Shown: positions 8,346-18,010, counted from the first letter of the stretch. The stretch is DNA of 27,439 nt from a virus (IMGVR_UViG_3300030090_002223:1-27439); one strand, 5' to 3'. The notes: generated by a model not told the origin, from the sequence alone. Numbers and translations are program-made.

Positions 8346-9356
8346 TTAACAACCTACTGTAATTAATGCTGTACCTGATCCCTCACCAGAACCTAATGCC
8401 TTTACAGATACATCTAACATCATCAAATTACCTTCATTATATGATAATTCTGTAATAATGCTATTGGACATTTTAAAACCAAAATCACTATCCCCAATAG
8501 TGCTATCCGGATTCATACTCGTTATTCCTTGAGATGCTCCAGTAGTTTGATTATTAAATGTTTCAAACAAATCTATAAAGTTAGTATCATATAGAACTGT
8601 GAATGATGCTGTTGCACTAGCCTCACCGGCTCTTGTCGCTTGTTCAAAGCCTGTTGATGTTAATCCTACAAACTGAACATCATTTACAAGTTCCAAGCTA
8701 AATGATGATAAAATAGCATCATCAACCCCAGCAATAATTCTATATGTAGGATCAGACCAACTATTCATAAAATAATTATTTTGTGATATTGCAGTATCTA
8801 CTGTTAATGATGATTGGGTTAAATCTGCAACAAGCGATCCTGTTTTGAAGGTTGCAGAAAATTTAATCCTTGAACCTTCAGTATTTGCATCACTATTAAA
8901 TGAAAGGTTGGTGCAAAAACAATCTTTAAACGCCATATCCTTACCACTAGAAGGTACACTATACACGATGCTTAATAATTGTTGATTTGTTAATGATGTT
9001 GATGATGATGTTAATGTACTGGTTGATATATTACTTGCCATCGAATAGGGAACTGATGCACTCCCAGTTAAATTTGAAAGTAATAAGTCAAGTCCAGCAG
9101 TTGTTGCTGTTCCAGATACACTTATTTCTTTTATTGATCCTTTGACATCTTGAAAGAAATCAGTTGCTTGTAGAACTCTACTACCAGATCTTACATCTAA
9201 TACTTGAGTAACACCCAAAGTAGGTGAGCCAATCGAATCAACATCAAGAGCGATGTATGGATTGCCACCTTCTGCATTGAGTGTTCCCCAAGCCGCTTGT
9301 TCTGCCACAAGAAACTGAAACTCTTTTGGATCAAAAGCATTACCAGCTATTGCCAT
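8346..9356 (-). CDS. Major tail tube protein
   Basis: 336-aa Ser/Thr-rich beta protein upstream of the chaperones and tape measure. Confidence 0.75.
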   Translation of the reverse strand: MAIAGNAFDPKEFQFLVAEQAAWGTLNAEGGNPYIALDVDSIGSPTLGVTQVLDVRSGSRVLQATDFFQDVKGSIKEISVSGTATTAGLDLLLSNLTGSASVPYSMASNISTSTLTSSSTSLTNQQLLSIVYSVPSSGKDMAFKDCFCTNLSFNSDANTEGSRIKFSATFKTGSLVADLTQSSLTVDTAISQNNYFMNSWSDPTYRIIAGVDDAILSSFSLELVNDVQFVGLTSTGFEQATRAGEASATASFTVLYDTNFIDLFETFNNQTTGASQGITSMNPDSTIGDSDFGFKMSNSIITELSYNEGNLMMLDVSVKALGSGEGSGTALITVGC

Positions 9357-9538
9357 TATTTATCTCCTTTGGGTTTTTTTATTTCACTCACCAATTCTTT
9401 TGCCGATGGATGTATTTTATCCACCTTAACACTTTTACCAGAATTGATTTCATCTATTAAAGTTTGATCGTACCCAGTCTTTCTAAAACATAGACCAATG
9501 GGAACTTTAATCTTTTTATCTTTTAATTTTATCTTCAT
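9356..9538 (-). CDS. Small Lys-rich hypothetical protein
   Basis: 60 aa, coupled by ATGA/TAATG overlaps. Confidence 0.65.
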   Translation of the reverse strand: MKIKLKDKKIKVPIGLCFRKTGYDQTLIDEINSGKSVKVDKIHPSAKELVSEIKKPKGDK

Positions 9539-9954
9539 GCCGCCTCGAATATGGTTACTGTTAAATTTATGTTGGCTCTAAACTTCGCCTCTTCTTCATC
9601 CTTTTCATAAGTGATTGATTCTACTCTACCACCGAAATAATCTGTGCCATCTCTACTATTATTATCTGGTGCAAATAGTCTTTTAATATGTTCAGCAATG
9701 TTGGATACTTGCTTGAAATGTTTGGCATTCATCATACCTCCAACATTCAATTCATATTCAAGTAATATACTTACATCTCTTTGCTGACCATTTGCGAATA
9801 TCTCAACCAATGTATCTTCTACCGGGATGATGACAATACTAGATGCACCTTTGTGATTATCTAAATAGATAGGAACTTTTAATTCGTTGCCTAATGTCTT
9901 TCGTAGGTTACTGATAACCTTATCATAGATATTATTTGTGTAATCAATGGGCAT
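9535..9954 (-). CDS. Tail terminator/completion-like protein
   Basis: Size, alpha/beta pattern and position upstream of the major tail gene. Confidence 0.55.
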   Translation of the reverse strand: MPIDYTNNIYDKVISNLRKTLGNELKVPIYLDNHKGASSIVIIPVEDTLVEIFANGQQRDVSILLEYELNVGGMMNAKHFKQVSNIAEHIKRLFAPDNNSRDGTDYFGGRVESITYEKDEEEAKFRANINLTVTIFEAA

Positions 9955-10913
9955 TATAACCTACCAACAAATCCATATTTAACTGGTTGAGTTCTTGTAC
10001 TTACTTCTGGATTACACTCTAATTCAAATTCATCGTTTGTAGTGTAAACACCTTCGGATGCTAATATCTCCATGCCATTAGATACAGAATCCCAATTCCC
10101 GGTAAGGAACTCACCATCTATATCTTTTACTAATTTTAAGCCTCTATCATCACCAGAGAATACATCATAAGTAATTGTACTTTGTGATCCATAGGTGAGT
10201 GTACCTCCGCTTGTTATTTTAATCTTTAAGCGATCCCATGTAAATGGCCTTCCTTTGACATCTAATATTCTTCCTGTTGAACTAGCATCTAAACTTATTT
10301 CTCTAATAATACCAGCAAGTTTTTGAGGTGTTTCATCTTGTTCTAATATATATTGACCAGAGCGAACCTTGTCCAAATCACCAGTTCCTTCATCATTAGT
10401 TACTCTAGCTTTTAATTCATTAGCCTTGTTCAAATCATAAGGTGCAATCAAATAATAACAAGAAAGCATAGCTGTATTCAGAACAATAATCTCCGGGAAG
10501 GCATTACCCATCGCTGAATCTTTCTGCTTGTAGATCGGAACTCCTACCATTGATCGAACCATATCACTCGCTCTTTTTATTGAATTACTAATATGTGTAG
10601 CGAAATCTGTACCACTCTCCAATATAGAACTGTTGAGTGTATTTGCACTTCCGCCTTGTTGGTATAGTTCTAGAAGATCAGTTGCACTTACATATCTATA
10701 CTCATTATTTGAATTTGGTTCATCAGTTACAACTGTCATCTCTTGTCCATCTAAAAATAGTTGATCTACTGTACCAGAATCATAGAGATAAAATAAATGG
10801 GATGTTCCAGATGCAACCCAATTTGAGTTTAATATTCTTTTACTATCGTATTGATCTATCTCTGGCACTACAAAGCGTAAATCATCTGCTTCACAATATT
10901 GAAATTCACTCAT
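9954..10913 (-). CDS. Head-tail adaptor-like protein with added beta domains
   Basis: N-terminal YCEADDL and helical I..AS..V.S segment resemble Mu gp36/HK97 gp6-type adaptors. Confidence 0.5.
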   Translation of the reverse strand: MSEFQYCEADDLRFVVPEIDQYDSKRILNSNWVASGTSHLFYLYDSGTVDQLFLDGQEMTVVTDEPNSNNEYRYVSATDLLELYQQGGSANTLNSSILESGTDFATHISNSIKRASDMVRSMVGVPIYKQKDSAMGNAFPEIIVLNTAMLSCYYLIAPYDLNKANELKARVTNDEGTGDLDKVRSGQYILEQDETPQKLAGIIREISLDASSTGRILDVKGRPFTWDRLKIKITSGGTLTYGSQSTITYDVFSGDDRGLKLVKDIDGEFLTGNWDSVSNGMEILASEGVYTTNDEFELECNPEVSTRTQPVKYGFVGRL

Positions 10914-11127
10914 ACATAAAATCCTTAATGTTTATATCCAGAAGTTCAAATTCTGCATTCTGGAGCCTGTTAATTATTTCCGCAACCTTATTGATTGTTT
11001 TACCATTGGCATCAATCAAATCATAAATCTTAATCTCTTTGGCTAGTTGTATTGATTTGTCAATGTTCTCAAATGATAACTCATTGGCGTATTCATTGTT
11101 CAATGCTTTTTCTAGTCTTGTTTTCAT
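10906..11127 (-). CDS. Hypothetical protein
   Basis: 73-aa ORF coupled to both neighbours. Confidence 0.65.
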   Translation of the reverse strand: MKTRLEKALNNEYANELSFENIDKSIQLAKEIKIYDLIDANGKTINKVAEIINRLQNAEFELLDINIKDFMYE

Positions 11128-11264
11128 CGCTTTCTCGGTTTATGTGGACAATTATTCATATTATCTATATAATTATTATTCTTTGCAATACCGCATCTCA
11201 AATTGCCTTTACATATACCACAAAAAGCACACTTCTTATCTTTGATTGGACAATATAAAAACAT
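11124..11264 (-). CDS. Cys-rich miniprotein (46 aa; not in ORF track)
   Basis: MFLYCPIKDKKCAFCGICKGNLRCGIAKNNNYIDNMNNCPHKPRKR; TAATG start overlap and ATGA stop overlap fill the gap exactly. Confidence 0.7.
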   Translation of the reverse strand: MFLYCPIKDKKCAFCGICKGNLRCGIAKNNNYIDNMNNCPHKPRKR

Positions 11265-11680
11265 TAATCAATCAACTCAAAATGGACAAGATCATCGAAT
11301 CCATTATCTTTTGTTGTCCTTTGTTCCTTACCACTCATCACATCTTTATCGAGGCTTGGAGATGACCAATCGCCACCCCATCGTACATTGACTCCCATTT
11401 GTGTTGCAATACCTAAAACAAAGCCACCTAGATAATGAAAATCATCCCTAGCATCCCAGTCAATCGGATATGGCGAAATATCAACTGCTTTACCTTGTGT
11501 ATGCTTACTATACTTGGCTTTGCTTAATCCTTTAGCAACCAGTTCATCTTGTCGCTCTTGAGTCCTCAATCCCTCAATGATAGTTATGTCGTAATATTTA
11601 ATCACCTCATTTAAGACATTAACGAGTTTAGAATCAACACCTTTTAATCGTTGTTTACTTCTTCTACCGAATTTTGGCAT
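11264..11680 (-). CDS. Endolysin, peptidase M15 (L-Ala-D-Glu peptidase-like)
   Basis: EGLRT.ERQ, SKHTQGKAVD, WGGDW and D.VHFEL zinc-ligand motifs. Confidence 0.92.
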   Translation of the reverse strand: MPKFGRRSKQRLKGVDSKLVNVLNEVIKYYDITIIEGLRTQERQDELVAKGLSKAKYSKHTQGKAVDISPYPIDWDARDDFHYLGGFVLGIATQMGVNVRWGGDWSSPSLDKDVMSGKEQRTTKDNGFDDLVHFELID

Positions 11681-11988
11681 TATCCAAGCCTCCTAATTAT
11701 AGATTCTGCCCATGCTCTACCGGGATTACCTCCCCATAAATCCCAAGCGATTGCGGCTCTACTATTATTATCTTTCCTCCTATTCCTTCTTTCGGCTGGT
11801 GTATCATGTCTAGCAAAGAAAGATACCATTCTTCGGATCGTTGCAATAGGTAAGTTTTGACCATTGCTTAATGATCTAGCCCTTGCAACGCCAACACTTG
11901 TACCACCTCTTCTTGACGGAGGCAGTTCCCTACGCCTTTCTAACGCTCTACGAGCCTTATTCTGAACACTTTTAGGAGGAACTGGCAC
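11680..11988 (-). CDS. Arg-rich conserved phage protein
   Basis: GGTSVGVARAR.L...TIRRMVSFFARH...IAWDLWGG..G..WA, a recurring phage domain of unknown function. Confidence 0.7.
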   Translation of the reverse strand: MPVPPKSVQNKARRALERRRELPPSRRGGTSVGVARARSLSNGQNLPIATIRRMVSFFARHDTPAERRNRRKDNNSRAAIAWDLWGGNPGRAWAESIIRRLG

Positions 11989-12069
11989 TTACTTACGTCT
12001 CTTTGATTTCTTCATTGATTTCGGCTTTTTTAGTCCTTTCTTTTTTGTCTTTCCATAATGTTTTGGCAT
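11989..12069 (-). CDS. 26-aa Lys/Arg-rich peptide (not in ORF track)
   Basis: MPKHYGKTKKKGLKKPKSMKKSKRRK; TAATG start overlap, stop abuts the next start. Confidence 0.65.
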   Translation of the reverse strand: MPKHYGKTKKKGLKKPKSMKKSKRRK

Positions 12070-12245
12070 TATAAACCTAACCTTTTTAGTAATACACCTT
12101 TGATTATTTTCCACAAAGCCTCAAGAATAGCTTTCTCTGTTTTCTCCGAGATGATAGGTATATCTATTGCAAAATTCAATTCAGCTATAATCTCATCTTT
12201 TGTTTTGTCTGATAGTAATTCATCAGCTATCATTTTTATTAACAT
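12069..12245 (-). CDS. Hypothetical protein (58 aa)
   Basis: Start reassigned to ATG 12245 (TAATG overlap, GAGG upstream); IDIPIISEKTE motif. Confidence 0.65.
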   Translation of the reverse strand: MLIKMIADELLSDKTKDEIIAELNFAIDIPIISEKTEKAILEALWKIIKGVLLKRLGL

Positions 12246-12457
12246 TACATTAACCTCATTACTGTATTTACGATTATTGGAAATGTAATCAAAGCAACTC
12301 CTCCCCAAACTTGCATCTTTGCAATATCTGTTTCATGCTTATCAACTTTTCCATTCAATTTATCTAAATGCTTTTCAATTCTACCTAATCCAGAATATAT
12401 ATTTTTTAAACGCTCATCATGTTTTACAAGGATGCCATACAACTCTTTATTGTCCAT
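12245..12457 (-). CDS. XhlA-like/holin-like membrane protein
   Basis: Coiled coil with LNGKVDKHE followed by a C-terminal TM helix; start 12457. Confidence 0.55.
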   Translation of the reverse strand: MDNKELYGILVKHDERLKNIYSGLGRIEKHLDKLNGKVDKHETDIAKMQVWGGVALITFPIIVNTVMRLM

Positions 12458-12815
12458 CTTCACTCCCGGTAATACTGTGAAATCTTCCACCATTTTTAGG
12501 TAATACTTTTTTGATTACCATTGTTTTTAAACTCTCGTTTGGTACTGCCATTTTTATATTCCATCTCCCATCTTGATCTTTCATATAAAATACTGTTTTT
12601 CTAATTCCCATCCTTACAATCCTAGCTGGTCTTTCATCTGTTCCAAGATATACCACATCATCAGCATTAAGATCATTGCCAAGAAACACCATAAGACCTT
12701 CGTACACATTAAGAATGAGTCCTTTAAAGATAGATATGCCCAAATATGCAAAAGCAACCCATACAGCTTTTCCGAATAATTGTTCTGCAATGTGTTGAAA
12801 TTCATTATGATTCAT
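12447..12815 (-). CDS. Truncated MscS-like (small mechanosensitive channel domain) membrane protein
   Basis: TM segment, then NVYEGLMVF..DLNADDVVYL...ARIVRMGIRKTVF...DG...VPNESL, matching the MscS TM3 plus middle beta-domain pattern. Confidence 0.6.
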   Translation of the reverse strand: MNHNEFQHIAEQLFGKAVWVAFAYLGISIFKGLILNVYEGLMVFLGNDLNADDVVYLGTDERPARIVRMGIRKTVFYMKDQDGRWNIKMAVPNESLKTMVIKKVLPKNGGRFHSITGSEDGQ

Positions 12816-13129
12816 TTCCGTTTCTTTTTTCCCCACGATAATGGGTTGATGTTGAACTCTCTTTCATAGAATGAAATTTTACTTTCCAATTCTGACCTTT
12901 TCCGCTCTTCCTCCAAGCTGTGCTTATCAAATAAACTCCGAATCTGGCTATCTGCTTCCACCAATTCTGTTTCAAGGGTTGTAAGTCTAGACATAATATT
13001 ATAGTACCCATACACAATACCACCCACAAGAATACATAACTGTATAATCCATTTGATGTTAATGCTAAAAACCATATTATCGTCAACCAAAGCACCACGA
13101 TAACTCCTTGCAGTTTTGACATCACTCAT
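12812..13129 (-). CDS. TM plus coiled-coil protein (i-spanin- or holin-like)
   Basis: Single TM (WIIQLCILVGGIVYGYY) followed by heptad repeats. Confidence 0.5.
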   Translation of the reverse strand: MSDVKTARSYRGALVDDNMVFSINIKWIIQLCILVGGIVYGYYNIMSRLTTLETELVEADSQIRSLFDKHSLEEERKRSELESKISFYEREFNINPLSWGKKKRK

Positions 13130-13355
13130 ATTCTATATCTTCAAATTGATTATGCCGCCAACACCAATTTGAATGTTTATAAATTTTTCCATGATAATAA
13201 TGTATCACAGAATCAGCCCCCAATATCTCGATAAACACTGTATTTGAAACAGTGTCTTGTGGAGTTATTTGTACTCCGCTTATGCTCCAACCTTGACTGC
13301 ATCCCAATAAACTCGTAAGTAACATCAATGCTATAACTCGTACTAATGTTCTCAT
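13122..13355 (-). CDS. Lipoprotein (possible o-spanin)
   Basis: Signal peptide with lipobox LLG-C at residue 19. Confidence 0.6.
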   Translation of the reverse strand: MRTLVRVIALMLLTSLLGCSQGWSISGVQITPQDTVSNTVFIEILGADSVIHYYHGKIYKHSNWCWRHNQFEDIEYE

Positions 13356-13885
13356 TCCTCATCTTGCCATGCTTCTGTGGTTGCGATGTACTCTTTACAT
13401 TCTTCATTCGTATAAATTCTAAAATCATTTGGAATTGCATCCAGTTCTGTTATTGTCCAATCTCCTTTAATACATATCTCACTACTATCTGGTGATATTC
13501 TTGGTGCAAAATACAAAGGATGTCTTTCTAATAAATCTTGTATGGTAGCCTCGTGATCGGTTGTGGTATCAACTACCTCTTCCATATAAGTGTATGATTC
13601 TTCTACTTGAGGATGTCCATTTTCTAATATATGAGCATCAATCTTCTCAAGTAACTCTGCTTTGGTATCGCTACTGTTGTAATCAATGCTGTGAGTGTCC
13701 ATAAACGCTTGTATATCAGCCTTTAAATCATCATCGGTAGGTAAGATAGCATCTATATTTCTTTTGCCTGTTTTCTCTACTTGTTTGTAAGTAAATGTTT
13801 GCCAGTCGTATCTACTTGTGATTCGTTTTGCTTTGTTGGTATCGGTATTACCGAAAATTAAATAATGTGTGTATTGTCCTTTCAT
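13352..13885 (-). CDS. Hypothetical virion-module protein with HeH/LEM-like motif
   Basis: LKADIQAFMDTHSIDYNSSDTKAELLEKI helix-extension-helix pattern. Confidence 0.6.
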   Translation of the reverse strand: MKGQYTHYLIFGNTDTNKAKRITSRYDWQTFTYKQVEKTGKRNIDAILPTDDDLKADIQAFMDTHSIDYNSSDTKAELLEKIDAHILENGHPQVEESYTYMEEVVDTTTDHEATIQDLLERHPLYFAPRISPDSSEICIKGDWTITELDAIPNDFRIYTNEECKEYIATTEAWQDEE

Positions 13886-13894
13886 AATTTGTTC

Positions 13895-16800
13895 CTATTG
13901 ATGGGATGATTTTCCACTGTTATAATTTTTTAATACTTCTGATGATGAAAGTGCTTTATGATATATTCTAAATTCATCAATAGCACCATCTACATTAAAA
14001 CTTGAGAAATCTGAACCATCATCTGTTCTTACTCCTATATAAAATGTTCCACCAGTATAATTAATATCTTGTGTAAAACTTGAATTTGTAACTATAACAG
14101 AAGTATCAACATAAATCTTCATTGTATTTGACTCTTTAGTTATTACATAATGATGCCAGTTTAAATCTCTTGTATGTGTTGTTGCTGTTGATTGGGCTGA
14201 ACCTCCAAGATTTGAATAAAATTCTAAATTAGAATAATGAGCAAAATGATAACGATTATTTACATCTTTAAAATAATTAAATAATCCTCTCGTAGTGCTT
14301 GTTTCGTTATACTTTGCCCAAAACTCAAAAGTAAAATCTTGAGTACCAAGATGAAAAATATTTGAGTCTTGAATATGTATAATTTCAGCACCACCATACA
14401 TTCTTAAACCATTGTTACTGGTAGAGGTTGTATCTGATAGGTAGTATCCTTGTGAATCTCTGCCTGATGTACTTCCTTCTGGGATGACTATTGTTACTGG
14501 TGAGCCATTTGCAGTACCATCGTTTGAGTTTGTACTTCTATCTGTCCAAGTGGTATTGCCATCATTACGCCAGTATCCTACTAAACTGTTTGAATTATCA
14601 TAGTTACCAGAATCAGATGTTGGTAGTAAAGGTACGCCAGAGTTATAAAGAGCAGTTACTGCATCGGCATCAAGGGCTACATTCCACAGACCAACTTCGT
14701 TTATAATTCCATTAAAATACCTATCTCCATTCGGTCTTGCACCAATAGTTAAAGATACATTATCGTTGTCTATTGAGCCACTTCCAGATGTCGTAGAAGT
14801 AAGCGAACCATTTACATAAGTTTTTTGATTTGAACCATCATAAGTTGCTACAATATGATACCATACATTATCAGATAAAGTATTACCAAGACCCCCTGCA
14901 CCTTGATTACTATTGCTTGAAAAAATACCAAAAAATAATTTATTTGACGATATTCCTAATTCCCAATTACGTTGTGCATCATTATCTCTACCCATAAGAA
15001 ATTGTGTTGATGAACCATCGTTAATTTTTACCCAAAGGCTCATCGAAAGATTACTTGTAATATCTAAAGCAGTACCATTTCCAAAATCTATATAATCATT
15101 ATTCCCATCAAATATCATCGGAGTATTAGAGCGTACTAAACTTGCTTGATAGCCATACTCTTCACCAGTTACAAAAGTTGCTCCAGTAATTGTTCCATGA
15201 TTTTGGTTGCCACTACCATCGTATATATAACTTCCAGAACCTTCTTGCATTGGTAGGTCTAACTTTAGATTTGATGCAGATACTCCAGTAGGTAATACTG
15301 TTTCTGGTTTGGTGTATAGTTCTTGTACTTGGTCTTGCGTTAATATATTATTAAATGCTTTTACATGATTTATTTTCCCATCAAAAATTCTTGTCTGTGC
15401 TTTATTTCCTCCTATTGTAAAATCTTCACTTGCATCGGAATCTGCTGTGCCAACAGAGTCTGTTGTTGCACTTAATGCTGATACACTTCCATTTATATAT
15501 ATAACTGGTCTATATGATGAACCAGCACCACTTGAGTCATACGCTACTGCTACATGATTCCAAGCATTAATTGTAACATCTGCACCAGAAGTATATACAC
15601 CATTAGTTGAACTAAAATTAATAAATACTCTCAACTTACACCTACCGCTACTTTCTTCTCTTGTAGTAAAAGTCCAACCATTACCAGTATCTCTTTTTTC
15701 TGCTATTCTTGCATCATCTCCCTCACCATCTGATTCTGGAAATATCCATGCAGATAGTGTTCCACCACCATTCCATATATTATCCAAAGAAGAATCTGAA
15801 CCACAGTTAGTATAATCATTACTACCATCAAACGATAATGCCCTTCCAGAGTACACCTCGCCAAAGTTTAATGGGTCTACTACGCCATGAGGTGAATATG
15901 TGTATCCTGTGTTAACAGTAGCACCATTGTTTGTACCATGATTACTACCTTCTAAATCATTATGAGGATTTGAACTGCTACCCATATCATACCAAGAGAT
16001 CAGATTGTTCTTTAGATCTGTTGATAAACCAGAGTATTTTTCTGCAAACATCAATTCTTGTACTTGAGATTGGGTAAGTGCAGATGAGTGGATAGCGACA
16101 TTTGCCATTGAGCCATTAAAAAATGTTTCAGTACCACCATTATCTTCATTTGCACCAATTTTTAAAGAGTCAATATCATTAACATCATTAAAAAACTTTT
16201 GAGTGGATGAACTTCCATTCACATAAGCAACTGGTTGTAATGAGCCATCTACATATATTTTATTACCAGTTCCATCAACTGTTAAAGCAACATGATGCCA
16301 TTCATTATCATCAAAAGCAGAGGTTGTATCTACTTCAATAGCAACAGATGCATTCTCTTGATTTACATATCTTATTTTTCCAAGATTTGTGAGAAGTAGA
16401 ATACATTCACTTGAGCCATCGCTTCTATCAGAACCAGATACTAAAGTTCTATATGATGCTAAATCTGGAGTCTTAAACCAAGCTGATATTGTGCCTTGAG
16501 TAAGATTTGCAAAATTACTTACATTGCTTAAATCAACATAATCATTAGTACCATCAAACGAAGTAGAACCATCGGCTAATTGAACTGCCATTTTTGGAAC
16601 CGCCTTATCTTGAATCCTCGGTTTGAATGGTGATTCTCCAGAGTAAGAATCAGAGTTTACAGTTGCACCAACTATATTACCTTCATTAGAGCCTTGTGCA
16701 TCTGGAGTTTGTATTGCTTTTACAGAAACATTGTCAATCGTATAGTTTGTTGCTGAACCAGTACCAGTACATCTAAATCTTAAAACCTCACTACCAGATG

Positions 16801-18010
16801 TTCCATATATGGTTGCAGTAATAGTTTTATTACCATCAATTGTTCCTAATACTCTATCACCTCCAGAACCTCCAGATGTCAATGCTGTATTATCGTACCG
16901 CAAAACAACAGTAGATGTACCAGCAGAATAATTAGATATGGTTGCACTTACCTCATAACCAACACCTTCATCTAAAGATACTGCTTGTAAAAATTCATCA
17001 TTAACAGTTTCTTGATTGGTAATAACAGCAGTTCCAGAATCGTATGTTGCTGTTAAATTTGTTTGAGCCCAACCACTAACATCAGAATCGAATGTTCCAT
17101 TTACTACTAACTCACTACCCAATGATGTACTATCTAAATCATACCAAGATACAAGGTTAGTTAGTTCTGTATTTTGTAGTTCTGAATGACTACCTCTCCA
17201 GTAAATAGATTCTACCTCACTTGCCGATAAGGCTCTGTTCCATATACCTACATTGGCTATCTTGCCATCAAAAGTGTATGGAGAACCATAGTATCCACCA
17301 ATAGTTGTTTTTAATCCACTTAAATCAAGGTCTGATGCAGATGGAAATGTACCAGTTGGAGTTCCAACACTTTCTGCATTTAAATATAATTTTGTAAAGT
17401 CTGCTCCTCTTGAATCATATACTCCAACTACATGACTCCAAGATGATGTATTTGTATAAGAAACGTCTAATCTTCTAACTGCATTAACCATCCATGATAG
17501 AGTATTAGACTTCATTCTTAATGCAAAATCACCAGTTCCGCTATTAGTAAAGTTGCCTATCTCAAACATACCATCATCGCCACTTGTAACATCTGCTTTA
17601 AACCACATAGATACTGTTAAGTCTCCAGCGTAGTTATCTCCTAAAGCATTGCCTAATCCAGTACCACAATCAATATATTGTGAACTACCAGAAAAGGATG
17701 TACTACCATCTAATAGGAAATCTGGTTTTATATCTCTAAAATTAAAGAATGCTTTTAACTCATCCCATGTGAGACCAATTGTTTCTTTCCATCGTTTCAT
17801 TAACGATCCACTTGTTCCCCATAGATTTCTTAATCTAGTATTTAAACTTGTACCACCTTCACCATAAGCGTAGTCTCTCCATAAGGTGTTGATGGATTTC
17901 CCGGTTGCTCCCTGTTGTTTAAGAAAATCTTTTAAATTGCTATTAAGACTGCCACCAGTATCGTCATTGTCGTAGTATTCTTTTGCTTTGCTATTTATTG
18001 AATTTGCCAT
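13895..18010 (-). CDS. Large multi-LamG (concanavalin A-like) virion protein, probable head fibre/adhesin
   Basis: About five repeats of FDG..DY...T.S.W...WHHV.....YV.G...L.IG...F.G.I..V.I...AL, plus one CBM-like domain (ELVVNGTFDSD..IDNVSVK). Confidence 0.85.
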   Translation of the reverse strand: MANSINSKAKEYYDNDDTGGSLNSNLKDFLKQQGATGKSINTLWRDYAYGEGGTSLNTRLRNLWGTSGSLMKRWKETIGLTWDELKAFFNFRDIKPDFLLDGSTSFSGSSQYIDCGTGLGNALGDNYAGDLTVSMWFKADVTSGDDGMFEIGNFTNSGTGDFALRMKSNTLSWMVNAVRRLDVSYTNTSSWSHVVGVYDSRGADFTKLYLNAESVGTPTGTFPSASDLDLSGLKTTIGGYYGSPYTFDGKIANVGIWNRALSASEVESIYWRGSHSELQNTELTNLVSWYDLDSTSLGSELVVNGTFDSDVSGWAQTNLTATYDSGTAVITNQETVNDEFLQAVSLDEGVGYEVSATISNYSAGTSTVVLRYDNTALTSGGSGGDRVLGTIDGNKTITATIYGTSGSEVLRFRCTGTGSATNYTIDNVSVKAIQTPDAQGSNEGNIVGATVNSDSYSGESPFKPRIQDKAVPKMAVQLADGSTSFDGTNDYVDLSNVSNFANLTQGTISAWFKTPDLASYRTLVSGSDRSDGSSECILLLTNLGKIRYVNQENASVAIEVDTTSAFDDNEWHHVALTVDGTGNKIYVDGSLQPVAYVNGSSSTQKFFNDVNDIDSLKIGANEDNGGTETFFNGSMANVAIHSSALTQSQVQELMFAEKYSGLSTDLKNNLISWYDMGSSSNPHNDLEGSNHGTNNGATVNTGYTYSPHGVVDPLNFGEVYSGRALSFDGSNDYTNCGSDSSLDNIWNGGGTLSAWIFPESDGEGDDARIAEKRDTGNGWTFTTREESSGRCKLRVFINFSSTNGVYTSGADVTINAWNHVAVAYDSSGAGSSYRPVIYINGSVSALSATTDSVGTADSDASEDFTIGGNKAQTRIFDGKINHVKAFNNILTQDQVQELYTKPETVLPTGVSASNLKLDLPMQEGSGSYIYDGSGNQNHGTITGATFVTGEEYGYQASLVRSNTPMIFDGNNDYIDFGNGTALDITSNLSMSLWVKINDGSSTQFLMGRDNDAQRNWELGISSNKLFFGIFSSNSNQGAGGLGNTLSDNVWYHIVATYDGSNQKTYVNGSLTSTTSGSGSIDNDNVSLTIGARPNGDRYFNGIINEVGLWNVALDADAVTALYNSGVPLLPTSDSGNYDNSNSLVGYWRNDGNTTWTDRSTNSNDGTANGSPVTIVIPEGSTSGRDSQGYYLSDTTSTSNNGLRMYGGAEIIHIQDSNIFHLGTQDFTFEFWAKYNETSTTRGLFNYFKDVNNRYHFAHYSNLEFYSNLGGSAQSTATTHTRDLNWHHYVITKESNTMKIYVDTSVIVTNSSFTQDINYTGGTFYIGVRTDDGSDFSSFNVDGAIDEFRIYHKALSSSEVLKNYNSGKSSHQ

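Noticed and set aside
13895-18010. Diversity-generating retroelement target
   Set aside because: No reverse transcriptase gene and no near-identical TR/VR pair seen; the LamG repeats are highly diverged
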